A stretch of 63,946 nt of DNA, counting the filler, from Acetivibrio sp. (lineage in GTDB: Bacteria; Bacillota; Clostridia; Acetivibrionales; Acetivibrionaceae): NCBI RefSeq assembly GCF_035371925.1. It is 4 parts of 4 records of this genome, joined end to end, with 100 filler letters (N's around TTAATTAATTAA, not from the genome) between each part and the next. Parts side by side here need not be neighbours in the genome. Positions count along the whole stretch, not along the records: positions 22,568 to 44,964 come from NZ_DAORXT010000047.1; 3 more parts are not named here. One strand, given 5' to 3'. A model generated the notes under the pieces. That model was given only the letters and a program-made list of their open reading frames with translations. It was not told where the DNA came from and did no database searches. The position numbers and the translations under genes are program-made. This document shows positions 29,101-37,788 of this stretch, piece by piece; the first letter of the stretch is position 1, and each line of letters begins with the position of its first letter.

Positions 29101-30795
29101 GGATGTTGGGACGGTGAAAAGTGGACACAGGCGGATGCATGGTTAAATCCTGTCATTGGACTGTTGGATGACCCTGAAAATCAGCGTCAGGTTCCTTTGA
29201 CAGTTGATCTTGGAAAAGAAGGACATTTAATCGTATACGGTTCACCGGGATACGGAAAAACCACGTTCTTGCAGACATTGATTATGTCCTTGGCATTAAA
29301 CTATTCTCCTTCGGATGTAAATATCTATATACTGGATTTTGGTGTAAGAACTTTGAGTATATTCTCCGGACTTCCCCACGTTGGAGGAACAGTAATGGTC
29401 GATGAGGAAGAAAAGCTAAACAAGCTCTTCAAATTCCTTTCAAAAGAAATGGATACCCGCAAAGACCTCTTCTCCGACAAGGGAGTCAGCAGCTTGACAG
29501 CTTATAGAGATTCCTGCGAAGAAAAGCTTCCGGCAATTGTAATTGTCATTGACAACTACTCGGCCTTCACCGAAATGTATTCCGAATATGAGGAGTATCT
29601 TATCCAAATTTCCCGTGAAGGAGGCAATCTTGGCATACATATTGTAATGACAAACAGCGGTACATCGTCTATCAGCTACAAATTGAGTACCAACTTCAAG
29701 CTGGCTATTGCGCTTCAAATGTCCGATAAGGGTGACTATTCGCTTATTGTGGGAAGAACCTACGGACTAGAGCCAAGCCCTGTAAACGGACGCGGGCTTG
29801 TAAAGGGCAATCCTCCCCTTGAATTTCAGACAGCCTTGCCCGCAGAAGGCGAATCGGAAATTGAAAGAACAATTAAAATCAAGTCGATTATCGGCAAAAT
29901 ATCCAAAAGCTGGACAGGACCTAAAGCCAAGCCTATTCCTGTTATGCCCGAAATCGTATACTACAAGGATCTTATTACAAGGGATGAGGTCAAAAAGAAT
30001 CTCGCCCGCAGGCCTGCGTGCGTACCTTTGGGCATAGAGGAAAATGAAATGGAACCGTGCTTCATAGATCTTCTGGAAACGCCCCATTTGTTGGTAGCCG
30101 GAGATATTCAAAGCGGTAAGACAACTTTCCTTCAAGCTCTGACTATTACCCTTGCCCTTAAGTTTTCTCCGGAAAAGCTGGCAATACACATCTTTGATTC
30201 AAGCTCTTTAGGTCTTTATGCATTAAGCCAGCTTCCCCACACAAAAACATATACCAACGACGGAAGTAATATAAACGAGTTTGCAGAAGCCCTTCAAAAA
30301 GTAATTGAGGAGAGAAAATCGGAGCTTAACGAAGAAAGAATTCGCGCAGGAGGATTGATTAATGACAAGGAGTTTGTATTGAGCCGTCAGCTCAACATTA
30401 TTTTGATTGATGACTTTAATGACTTTTTACAGTATGCAGACTCCACCACCAATGACCTGTTTGAGCGAATTATAAAAAAAGAAAGGAACCTTGGCATAAG
30501 CATCCTTGCAGCAGGCTACACCCAAGACATAAGTTCTTGCTGGGATAGCTTGGCAAAAGCCTTAAAAGATATGCAAACAGGAATACTTTTGGGAAGTATA
30601 TCCGATCAGCAGGTATTTTCCATCAGGCTTCCCTACGGAACAACCGAAAAACCCATAAAACCCGGTGACGGCTATCTTGTTAACCGCGGACGTTTCGGCA
30701 GGGTTAAAACAGCCATGCTGGAAAACAATATCCTGAAGGCATGGATAGCACAGATAAATAAAAGCTACAGTAAAAACAATCAGTCTGTCGATTGA
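26125..30795 (+). CDS. essC: Type VII secretion ATPase EssC/YukB (2 FHA, 2 TM, 3 FtsK/SpoIIIE domains)
   Basis: IGRS and IGKS FHA cores; GPHGLVAGTTGSGKS / DEFAEL, GSPGYGKT, GDIQSGKT; next to WXG100 and YukD genes. Confidence 0.93.
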   Translation: MGNKYVLHIYFDNFFKIVEIDNFNKNIISIGRSEVNDIVIDSSCIDENHCSLKKEDNQWYIYNHSKSGIFCNGSTISKKMLVPYDTYVIGNSPETMSRAAIIVKPEDPYDSILGNFEIRGVSEITIGKSDSCNIVYSDKLVSSEHAKIYKSLDGKYHIADLESLNGTFLNGKKVYDSDLSQGDIIYICGYKIVFEGSFISVYHMGDGVYVNGLKPALKSAKPPYPYIQRSPRLIPEMPEGEKAIPSPPSAASKPSISWIGILLPPIMMSIITIITAVIGKSTQMLLSLSMTFVSVIVSISQYVSQNKKFKDDTELRTKKYGEIINSLRKELEIAREQQKKGMLIMNPDPEECIRRVETIDRRLWERTPQFNDFLAARIGIGTMPLAIKIQYQSQPLSIDSDPLASEPQKVHDEFSQVSDIPVCVPLFHSGTAGIIGSRSEVLKNVRALIIQLATFHSYEEVKIVLVYPKEEADEWEWIRWLPHVWNENRQIRFLANDKEMAHQLFSYLYDIIKEREQRTNKDKINTPVNFPHYVFILADIRLIEDEPIMNYLAHNNQILGVSTIYLFDRIEYLPKDCQAIIELASKSGHMLQRSLGASPIPFLPDTVSINDAEHFSRRMAPIRIKELLTSTNLPSSITLLQMYSVRTVEELNVTERWKKNKAFRTLAAPLGIRTGNELISLDLHERGQGPHGLVAGTTGSGKSELLQSFIISLAINFHPHDVVFVLIDYKGGGMANAFLDLPHLVGTITNLGGNQTTRALVSIKSELKRRQTIFAQYGVNHIDSYQKLYHSQKAKEPLPHLVIIADEFAELKSEQPDFMRELVSTARVGRSLGVHLILATQKPAGVVDDQIWSNARFRICLKVQGPQDSQDVIKRPDAANIKQPGRAYIQVGNDEIFELFQSAWSGAGYTPDASEEITAQNDISEVAINGKRHQLYTKSTSQIRKAEFTQLQAAVSHIANVAQHENIIRLKGPWLPPLPEQVYLESLLSEVEGCWDGEKWTQADAWLNPVIGLLDDPENQRQVPLTVDLGKEGHLIVYGSPGYGKTTFLQTLIMSLALNYSPSDVNIYILDFGVRTLSIFSGLPHVGGTVMVDEEEKLNKLFKFLSKEMDTRKDLFSDKGVSSLTAYRDSCEEKLPAIVIVIDNYSAFTEMYSEYEEYLIQISREGGNLGIHIVMTNSGTSSISYKLSTNFKLAIALQMSDKGDYSLIVGRTYGLEPSPVNGRGLVKGNPPLEFQTALPAEGESEIERTIKIKSIIGKISKSWTGPKAKPIPVMPEIVYYKDLITRDEVKKNLARRPACVPLGIEENEMEPCFIDLLETPHLLVAGDIQSGKTTFLQALTITLALKFSPEKLAIHIFDSSSLGLYALSQLPHTKTYTNDGSNINEFAEALQKVIEERKSELNEERIRAGGLINDKEFVLSRQLNIILIDDFNDFLQYADSTTNDLFERIIKKERNLGISILAAGYTQDISSCWDSLAKALKDMQTGILLGSISDQQVFSIRLPYGTTEKPIKPGDGYLVNRGRFGRVKTAMLENNILKAWIAQINKSYSKNNQSVD

Positions 30796-30925
30796 TGAGT
30801 CCAATTTGCAAAATTCGGAATTGTCTATTGATTTTTAATTACTTTTCTGCGATAATAATGTTGTTTGGTACAGACTTCATATAGTCGAAATTAATACCAA
30901 TAATTAATTATAAGGGGGAAGAAAA

Positions 30926-31231
30926 ATGGCAAGTGGTATGATTCGTATTACACCTGATGAGGTTAGAAGCGCTGCCGGTAGAATAGGCAAAAAAACTAAC
31001 GAAACTACCAATTTTCTTAACACTATTCAGAAAGAAATAGACGGCCTTAAAAGTGTTTGGGAAGGTAATGCTGCTCAAGCTTATGTAGATCAGTTCATGG
31101 CATTAAGAAAAGAACTTGAGACAAAATTAAATCAATGCCTTTCTGATCTCGAAAAGTCCCTGATTTCAGTTGCAAATGCTCTTGAACAGGCTGACAAGGA
31201 TGTAGCTTCGAAGATTCGCAGCGGCAAGTAA
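30926..31231 (+). CDS. esxA: WXG100 family protein EsxA/YukE
   Basis: 101 aa, IRITPDEV start, central WEG motif. Confidence 0.93.
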   Translation: MASGMIRITPDEVRSAAGRIGKKTNETTNFLNTIQKEIDGLKSVWEGNAAQAYVDQFMALRKELETKLNQCLSDLEKSLISVANALEQADKDVASKIRSGK

Positions 31232-31250
31232 TTTTTGATTATAATAATAA

Positions 31251-31325
31251 TGCCTCTTTCATTATACTCCAAAGAGGCTAAATAACAGGAAAGAGGCTAT
31301 GTAAATTTTGCATAGCCTCTTTTAA
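31251..31325 (+). terminator. Tandem stem-loops after esxA, the second with a T tail
   Basis: GCCTCTTT/AAAGAGGC (31252-31278) and AAGAGGCTATG/CATAGCCTCTT (31291-31321). Confidence 0.75.
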
Positions 31326-31344
31326 TAAAGTGGGGATGTAAAAC

Positions 31345-31593
31345 ATGAACAATGTAATTGTAACAGTCAAATGCAAAAACAAAAAAGATACCCGTGATTT
31401 GGAGCTGCCCACCGATATACCGGCAAAGCGCCTGTCATCATTAATAGCTTATGCTCTCCGCCTCGACGATGACTTAACAAGCGTTACTTCAAAGTTTCAT
31501 TTGTATGCCGAGCCTTTAGGGAGGGTTTTGCGTGATGATGAAACCCTTGAAGATGCAGGTGTATGGGATGGCTCTATCCTAACAATTCTATAA
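31345..31593 (+). CDS. esaB: EsaB/YukD ubiquitin-like protein
   Basis: DLELPTDIP...L, L.DDETLEDAGVWDGSILTI. Confidence 0.9.
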   Translation: MNNVIVTVKCKNKKDTRDLELPTDIPAKRLSSLIAYALRLDDDLTSVTSKFHLYAEPLGRVLRDDETLEDAGVWDGSILTIL

Positions 31594-31650
31594 CTAATGT
31601 GTAATTGTTCGTATACCGTATTTTGCAAACTTTATATGAAAGGATAAGCT

Positions 31651-32481
31651 ATGTATAGTGAAAAGAATTTAATACTTCGGGCTTCGGCTGCAACAAACAT
31701 TGGGTTTATTCGCAGCGCCAACGAAGATAATTTTTATCTTAACGGAGTCTATTTTTCTCCTTATTTGACTGAAAAAACTGTTCTTTTTGATATAAATGAA
31801 GCCGATTCCTTTTTCCTGTTTGCCGTAAGTGACGGCATGGGCGGAGAAGCCTTTGGAGATAAAGCTTCTCATACTGCCATGCTTGAATTGAAAAAAGCCC
31901 ACAATAATTTAAAAAGCAATAATATCGGCAATATTGAAGATTGTGTCAATATAATAAACTCCTATGTTAAAAACACCAATAATCTAATATACAATTTGGG
32001 AGTTGAATACGGTGCAAGGACAGGAACAACTTTTGCCTCCCTTGTGTTATACGGTGACCGGGCGCAAGCATTAAACTTAGGTGACAGCCGTATATATCAT
32101 GTAAGGGGCAATGAAATAACCCAGCTTACCAGGGACCATACAGAGGCCGAAAGGCTTGTAAGACTTGGCATTTTAAGCCCAAAAGAAGCATCAAGCAGCC
32201 CACGCAAACATTTGCTCTACAAATTTCTTGGCATACCTCCGGAAGCAGGAATTGTCGAAGCAGACACTTCAGAAGTTATTGATGTGAAAAAAGGGGATGC
32301 ATTCCTTCTTTGTACCGACGGTCTTACAAATATGGTTAACATTGAGCGTATAAAGAATATTATAACCACCGGCAACACATCCTCCAAAATTGCTTCAATG
32401 CTTGTAAACCAAGCACTGATAAACGGAGGAGTTGACAATATAACTTGTATTGTTGTTAAAGTTGAAGATATTCTTATGTAA
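31651..32481 (+). CDS. PP2C (PPM) Ser/Thr protein phosphatase
   Basis: RSANED, VSDGMGG, GDSRIY, LCTDGL, GGVDNIT. Confidence 0.95.
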   Translation: MYSEKNLILRASAATNIGFIRSANEDNFYLNGVYFSPYLTEKTVLFDINEADSFFLFAVSDGMGGEAFGDKASHTAMLELKKAHNNLKSNNIGNIEDCVNIINSYVKNTNNLIYNLGVEYGARTGTTFASLVLYGDRAQALNLGDSRIYHVRGNEITQLTRDHTEAERLVRLGILSPKEASSSPRKHLLYKFLGIPPEAGIVEADTSEVIDVKKGDAFLLCTDGLTNMVNIERIKNIITTGNTSSKIASMLVNQALINGGVDNITCIVVKVEDILM

Positions 32482-32508
32482 ATCATCAGCTTATAATATC
32501 ATATTACA

Positions 32509-32537
32509 TTGTCTATATACCGGTTTGATGCTATAAT
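32509..32537 (+). promoter_or_regulatory. Sigma-A promoter for the kinase gene
   Basis: TTGTCT-17 bp-TATAAT with extended TG. Confidence 0.65.
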
Positions 32538-32577
32538 TTTATAGAAATATTATCGAGATGCCTTGGAGGTCTAAAAA

Positions 32578-34662
32578 ATGCTCATTTCTTCTGATGACTA
32601 TATAAAAAAATATGAACCCCTGTGGGGAGCATGGCGTGTAGAATCCTTCATCGGCGAAGGAAGCTATGGAAAGGTATATAAAATTTTCAAAGAAGAATGG
32701 GGCTTTAAATACCAGTCAGCCTTAAAACTCATAAGTATTCCCACCCAGGAGCAGCACCGTGAAGCTGTTGCAACCATCGGTAATGATAAAAATTCCTTGG
32801 AGCAATACTTTGAAAGTGCTGTGAAAAACATTGTTAACGAAATACATATGATGTATACTTTACGCGGCAATACAAATATAGTAAGCTATGAGGACCATCT
32901 GGTTCAAAAAAGCAGTGAGCGTTTTGGCTGGGACATACTTATACGTATGGAATACCTTACAACACTTAATAAATACGTTGCCAAAAACGGCCTTACCCGG
33001 GCCGGCGTAATAAATGTTGCTTTGGATATCTGCTCCGCTTTGGAAATTTGTGAAAAAAAGAAAATAATACACAGGGACATAAAGGACGAAAACATATTTG
33101 TTACAGCCGACGGCAAATTCAAGCTCGGCGATTTTGGTATTGCAAAGGAACTAAATCGAATTGCAATGGCTTCTTCCATACGAGGCACTCCCCTCTACAT
33201 GGCGCCGGAAGTCTATAGAGGAAAGCCTTATGATTCGAGGTCCGACTTGTATTCCTTGGGTATTGTGATATACAAGCTTTTAAATCATGGAAGGTTCCCC
33301 TTTATGCCTCCTTATCCTCAGGAGCTCAAATATAAAGATAGTGAAGAAGCCTTGGATAAAAGGCTTTCCGGAGAGGCACTTACCCCTCCCCTGCTGGCCG
33401 GTGAAAAGCTGTCTCAATTCATATTGAAAATTTGCTCCTTTGACCCTAATGCAAGGTTTTCTTCAGCTACAGAGGCGAAAAAGGCTCTTTACGAAATTTT
33501 ATCGGAAATGAGCAATGAAGAACGCTCATATTTGGTTGCTCCGCCATCCGATACTAGCGATGCTTCAAAGGACATTGAACCTTTTGAGAATGCTGTTGTT
33601 ATACCGCCGCAGCAAGGCAATGAAAATACCGGAGATAAAAATACGGATGACGAGTGCATGGATACGGTACTGCTCGAAGAGCCGGGTCCGGCAAATGTAC
33701 CGAAAAAAACATTGGACAGGACAGTCAGCATATTTGGAAGTTTGCTGAGAAAAGAAATGGTATATAACCATATTGGAAATCATTCCGGTAATATTTTAAA
33801 CGGAGGATTGGCATGTACTCAAGGGTCTTGGCTTTATTTTTCCAATGCCGGCTCCGATTTTAACATTTTCAAAGTAAAGCTTGACGGAAGTGACCTTCAA
33901 AGAATAAACCATGACGAATCCTGGTTCCTTAACGTTTGCGGCAACTGGATTTATTATACTGACCCTAATAATAATGACAATATATTTAGAATTGACCTGG
34001 AAGGAAATGGTAAGACTCAAATTAACACTGACCGCTCATGGGACATAACCGTTAGCGGAGATTGGATTTACTATATAAATGAGAGTGACGGATACAAGCT
34101 TTATAAGATAAAAATCGACGGCACCGAAAAAACCAAGCTGAATAATGACTTTACCCATAGCCTGTTTATTAAGGATGATTGGCTATACTACAGCAACAAA
34201 AGCGACGGGGGCAAAATATACAAAATAAACACCATGGGCAAGGGCAGAACAAGAATTATAAACGATGAAGCCAGCTATATCAATGTTTACGGCGATTATA
34301 TTTTTTACTGCAACAAAAGTGACGGATTTAAACTGTATAGAGCAAGCATTGACGGCCGTTCTAAAAACAAGCTGAATGATGATATATCTTATAATATAAA
34401 TGCATCAAACGGCTGGGTCTACTACTGCAACAAAAGTGACGGCGGAAGCATTTACCGAATCAGGACAGAGGGCAGTGACAAAACAAAGCTCAATAATGAA
34501 AATTCCGAATTTATAAATCTGGCCAACGAGCACATATATTACTGCAGCAAGTCCGGCGGCGGTATGCTTTATAGTATTTCTCTAGGCGGAAGCAACAGAA
34601 CAAAAATAAGCATGGATGCATACAACAATGATGATAATGATGAGGGCTGGTTTTATCTATAA
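32578..34662 (+). CDS. Hanks-type Ser/Thr kinase + DUF5050-like beta-propeller repeats
   Basis: GEGSYGKV, ALK, HRDIKDEN, DFG, YMAPE; repeated WIYY.N..DG.KLY.I..DG blades. Confidence 0.9.
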   Translation: MLISSDDYIKKYEPLWGAWRVESFIGEGSYGKVYKIFKEEWGFKYQSALKLISIPTQEQHREAVATIGNDKNSLEQYFESAVKNIVNEIHMMYTLRGNTNIVSYEDHLVQKSSERFGWDILIRMEYLTTLNKYVAKNGLTRAGVINVALDICSALEICEKKKIIHRDIKDENIFVTADGKFKLGDFGIAKELNRIAMASSIRGTPLYMAPEVYRGKPYDSRSDLYSLGIVIYKLLNHGRFPFMPPYPQELKYKDSEEALDKRLSGEALTPPLLAGEKLSQFILKICSFDPNARFSSATEAKKALYEILSEMSNEERSYLVAPPSDTSDASKDIEPFENAVVIPPQQGNENTGDKNTDDECMDTVLLEEPGPANVPKKTLDRTVSIFGSLLRKEMVYNHIGNHSGNILNGGLACTQGSWLYFSNAGSDFNIFKVKLDGSDLQRINHDESWFLNVCGNWIYYTDPNNNDNIFRIDLEGNGKTQINTDRSWDITVSGDWIYYINESDGYKLYKIKIDGTEKTKLNNDFTHSLFIKDDWLYYSNKSDGGKIYKINTMGKGRTRIINDEASYINVYGDYIFYCNKSDGFKLYRASIDGRSKNKLNDDISYNINASNGWVYYCNKSDGGSIYRIRTEGSDKTKLNNENSEFINLANEHIYYCSKSGGGMLYSISLGGSNRTKISMDAYNNDDNDEGWFYL

Positions 34663-34689
34663 ACCGTCCTCTCTCCCCTCACCAAAATA

Positions 34690-35175
34690 TCAGTTTTCCA
34701 TACGGGCAAATAGCGTTCTTTCCCTTGTAAGTTCAAAAGAATCATCACCCACAAATTGCTTTAAGTAATTTCTCTTAAATTTGTACTTTGTTGTGACAAT
34801 AATATGGCACTCATCAGGATAAGTAGCATCATATTGAAATTCAACCACAAAATCATTGTATCTTTCATTTTCCGATCTAAAATATGCTTTATTGTCAACT
34901 ACGTATAGATACTCCAACTTGAGAGTGGCAGCAAAAACTTTGCAAAAGACATTGATAAAATTTTCTTCCTCGCTGTCCATGTCAAAATTAAATTTCTTTT
35001 CCAGATCTCTGATATCCGTCAATTTAAAGCCGGTCAATCGCGCTGATTTTGCCGCCGACTCTACAGCAGAATCTATCTGTGCCTTTTCCGCAAAAATCTC
35101 AACCATTTCAAAAAAGGGCTGAAATAAAATTGACGCTAATACAATAATCAGGACCATTATCGCTACATTTCTCAT
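34690..35175 (-). CDS. Putative Tad minor pilin (TadG/TadE-like)
   Basis: N-terminal TM then IDSAVESAAKSA; last gene of the Tad operon; start at M15 after AAGGTGA. Confidence 0.5.
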   Translation of the reverse strand: MRNVAIMVLIIVLASILFQPFFEMVEIFAEKAQIDSAVESAAKSARLTGFKLTDIRDLEKKFNFDMDSEEENFINVFCKVFAATLKLEYLYVVDNKAYFRSENERYNDFVVEFQYDATYPDECHIIVTTKYKFKRNYLKQFVGDDSFELTRERTLFARMEN

Positions 35176-35191
35176 AATATCACCTTTGCCG

Positions 35192-35605
35192 TTATACCGG
35201 GTCCAGATTTTTATCAAAATACAAGCACGTAGTCTCTACAGTAAAGGAAACAGGCCAGTCACGCTCTATTTGGAAAAAACCCATATCCATACGAATAGGA
35301 TACCTTGCATTTATCGTAACGCTGAACTGTTCTCCCCTCTGTAAAACTCCGGCATCAAACTGCCCTTCAATGTCACTCAAACTAAGAGGATTCTCCCTGA
35401 AAAAAGGCTTTTGGTTCAGGTTTTCAATTATCATTAGTGCTTCTTCTTCATCAATATAGTTATGCTGTGCCGCTAACGTCGATAAGTTGTATGTCTCATA
35501 TGCCAAGGTCATGTACCACGGAAAGAAAAAAATGAAATTGGTGGTTATCAAAAATATAGTGCTAATCAGAAGTACAATTACTATACTTTTTGCAAAACCT
35601 GCCAT
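35192..35605 (-). CDS. Putative Tad minor pilin (TadE-like)
   Basis: Single N-terminal TM, small, follows the pilin. Confidence 0.5.
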   Translation of the reverse strand: MAGFAKSIVIVLLISTIFLITTNFIFFFPWYMTLAYETYNLSTLAAQHNYIDEEEALMIIENLNQKPFFRENPLSLSDIEGQFDAGVLQRGEQFSVTINARYPIRMDMGFFQIERDWPVSFTVETTCLYFDKNLDPV

Positions 35606-35662
35606 AGAAAATTACCCGGTTCTATTGCCATTGCCGGGTATAACCTCCTTGCATTCAATATT

Positions 35663-35881
35663 TTAACCCATCATTTCCTTAATTTGAGTCCATAAAAAGT
35701 CCCAAACATCATTTACTATTTCTCTTAGCAATCCACCTCTCAATATACTGAGAATAAGTCCTACAACCACTATCACTGCTACAGTAATAGCGATCTGCTT
35801 TACTCCAAACTCTCCTCTTTCATCTTTTAAAAACTTTTTAACTGATTTTTTAACTGTCTCCCTATTTATTAATTTTTTCAT
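35663..35881 (-). CDS. flp: Flp-type prepilin
   Basis: Basic leader KKFLKDERG followed by a hydrophobic helix; 72 aa; Tad context. Confidence 0.7.
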   Translation of the reverse strand: MKKLINRETVKKSVKKFLKDERGEFGVKQIAITVAVIVVVGLILSILRGGLLREIVNDVWDFLWTQIKEMMG

Positions 35882-35932
35882 TTAATTGCCCCCCTCTGTT
35901 TTATTGATTTATAATATTATATTTTATAAATG

Positions 35933-36817
35933 TTAACTAAACAATTTAATGGCATCGACAAACATGAAATAATAGTAAATTACAATATAAATAACCAATA
36001 CAATAATCAATACAAACTGCATCCTTGCGTTCTTTTGTTCTCTTCTGGTAAGCTCATCCTCAAGAGACATAACTCTCAAATCATAAAGCTCATTCTTTAA
36101 ATATGTCATCTGAGAGATATTGTCATATCCTCTAAGCCTCGTTTCCATTATATCACAAAACTTAATAATATGTCTCAACGGAACGCGTTTTTTTAACTGC
36201 TTTAATGCATATTCCTCTCCATACTCGATATTGTCGAGAAAGACCTCAAGCTCTGAAGCCATATCTTCATTGGCATTAGGAAGAAAGTCTTTCACCACAT
36301 CCGCCAAATATATATTTATAGACCTGGCATACTGATAGTAGAGCATATTATAAAACGATGGAAAATCCGCCAGGATGTTGTTATTCTTTTTTTCTATCAT
36401 TTTTTCCAGTTCATCAACCGGATAGAGCCATCCCAATACGACAAGTATCAAACATCCATAACCGATCAGAGTGTTGATATTCATGGCAATCATGGATAAA
36501 CCTATGGCTCCAATCACATACAAAACCTGCTTTAACCTAATTTCTTCCGGTGTTATTCTCAAGTCCAACCTTTTTATCAAAAAATTAAATTCATTTCTTT
36601 TTATGTCGCTAAGCAGCAACTTATTCGAAAATTTTCTAAGCACAATATCTTTAAAGTATAAATACTTTTCGACTTTTTTCTGATTCCTCTTTCTTTTAAT
36701 AAAATCCCTTGAGTGTTCTTTTCTTTTTCGGGTCATGGGTCTAAAAAGAGGATATACTAAAGTAAATACAAGATAAATTATTGCTGCCAGAGCACATAAT
36801 TTGGAGAATATTACCAT
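35933..36817 (-). CDS. tadC: TadC-like membrane platform protein
   Basis: TMs, ILADFPSF, ELEVFLDNI, C-terminal TM; follows tadB. Confidence 0.7.
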   Translation of the reverse strand: MVIFSKLCALAAIIYLVFTLVYPLFRPMTRKRKEHSRDFIKRKRNQKKVEKYLYFKDIVLRKFSNKLLLSDIKRNEFNFLIKRLDLRITPEEIRLKQVLYVIGAIGLSMIAMNINTLIGYGCLILVVLGWLYPVDELEKMIEKKNNNILADFPSFYNMLYYQYARSINIYLADVVKDFLPNANEDMASELEVFLDNIEYGEEYALKQLKKRVPLRHIIKFCDIMETRLRGYDNISQMTYLKNELYDLRVMSLEDELTRREQKNARMQFVLIIVLVIYIVIYYYFMFVDAIKLFS

Positions 36818-37788
36818 TTGTTATCCCCTCCCAAACTTCCAATGTCGGACTGTAAAGCCTGACATCTGGCAAAACTCAAACAGATGGCAACTATGGTCAT
36901 GGTAAGAACAAACCGCCCTACTGTACTCTCCAGCAAAAAGCTTCTGAGCTCTGAAATCGTCATCGAATAAGCAACGAAGATAACTATCAATGCAGTTTTC
37001 ATTATAAAATTCATATTCATCTTCTTAAAAATTCTATTCTTTCTGGCGTTTATTTCCCTTAATGCAGCATTTTCTTCAACAATATCAAGAAAAATATCAG
37101 CCATACCTTTACGTTCATTATACTCAAAAATAACTGCTTTTTTTGCGAAATTGTCAAATTTGGGACCTAACTGACGATTTAGTATTTCCATTGCCCTTCT
37201 AAAAGAATAACCATAGTTTTCGCAATTTTCCACAAACTGAACAAAAAAAGGTCTAATATCGGCATTAATATATTCATCAGACTCTAAAACTTTTTTTATT
37301 GCCACAAGAACTCCATCCCTTGCCAAAGGACAAATTAAATCCTCGGCATCCATGATACTCTCAATTTTTGCCGCTTTTAAATTTCTTGACCTCATTGTAA
37401 AGTATGTAATGGCTCCCACCAGTAAAGATATGGAGACCAGTGCGGACAGTGTAATATCCTTCAAAAAAAGCACCGCTATCAAAACCAGTATTGCAAAAAG
37501 TATGCTAATGAAAGAATTAAATCCTTCCAATGTCAACGGCAGATTATAATCGAAAATTATATTCTCGACCAATCTATTGTATTTTGATATAATGTTATCG
37601 TTTGTCTTAACTATTTTATTTTTCTTTATTCTTTCAAGATATTTTTTAGTGTTATGATTGGCTATGGCATCTATTACATAACTAAAAAGGGTCTTTATGT
37701 CATCGAGAAATCTGAGGTCGAATACCTTACTCAATACATATAGCAGAAATAACCCAATAGCTATGCTAAAACCAACATTAAATAGCAT
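36811..37788 (-). CDS. tadB: TadB-like membrane platform protein
   Basis: Multiple TMs, T2SS-F-like helical core; follows the ATPase. Confidence 0.7.
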   Translation of the reverse strand: MLFNVGFSIAIGLFLLYVLSKVFDLRFLDDIKTLFSYVIDAIANHNTKKYLERIKKNKIVKTNDNIISKYNRLVENIIFDYNLPLTLEGFNSFISILFAILVLIAVLFLKDITLSALVSISLLVGAITYFTMRSRNLKAAKIESIMDAEDLICPLARDGVLVAIKKVLESDEYINADIRPFFVQFVENCENYGYSFRRAMEILNRQLGPKFDNFAKKAVIFEYNERKGMADIFLDIVEENAALREINARKNRIFKKMNMNFIMKTALIVIFVAYSMTISELRSFLLESTVGRFVLTMTIVAICLSFARCQALQSDIGSLGGDNKW

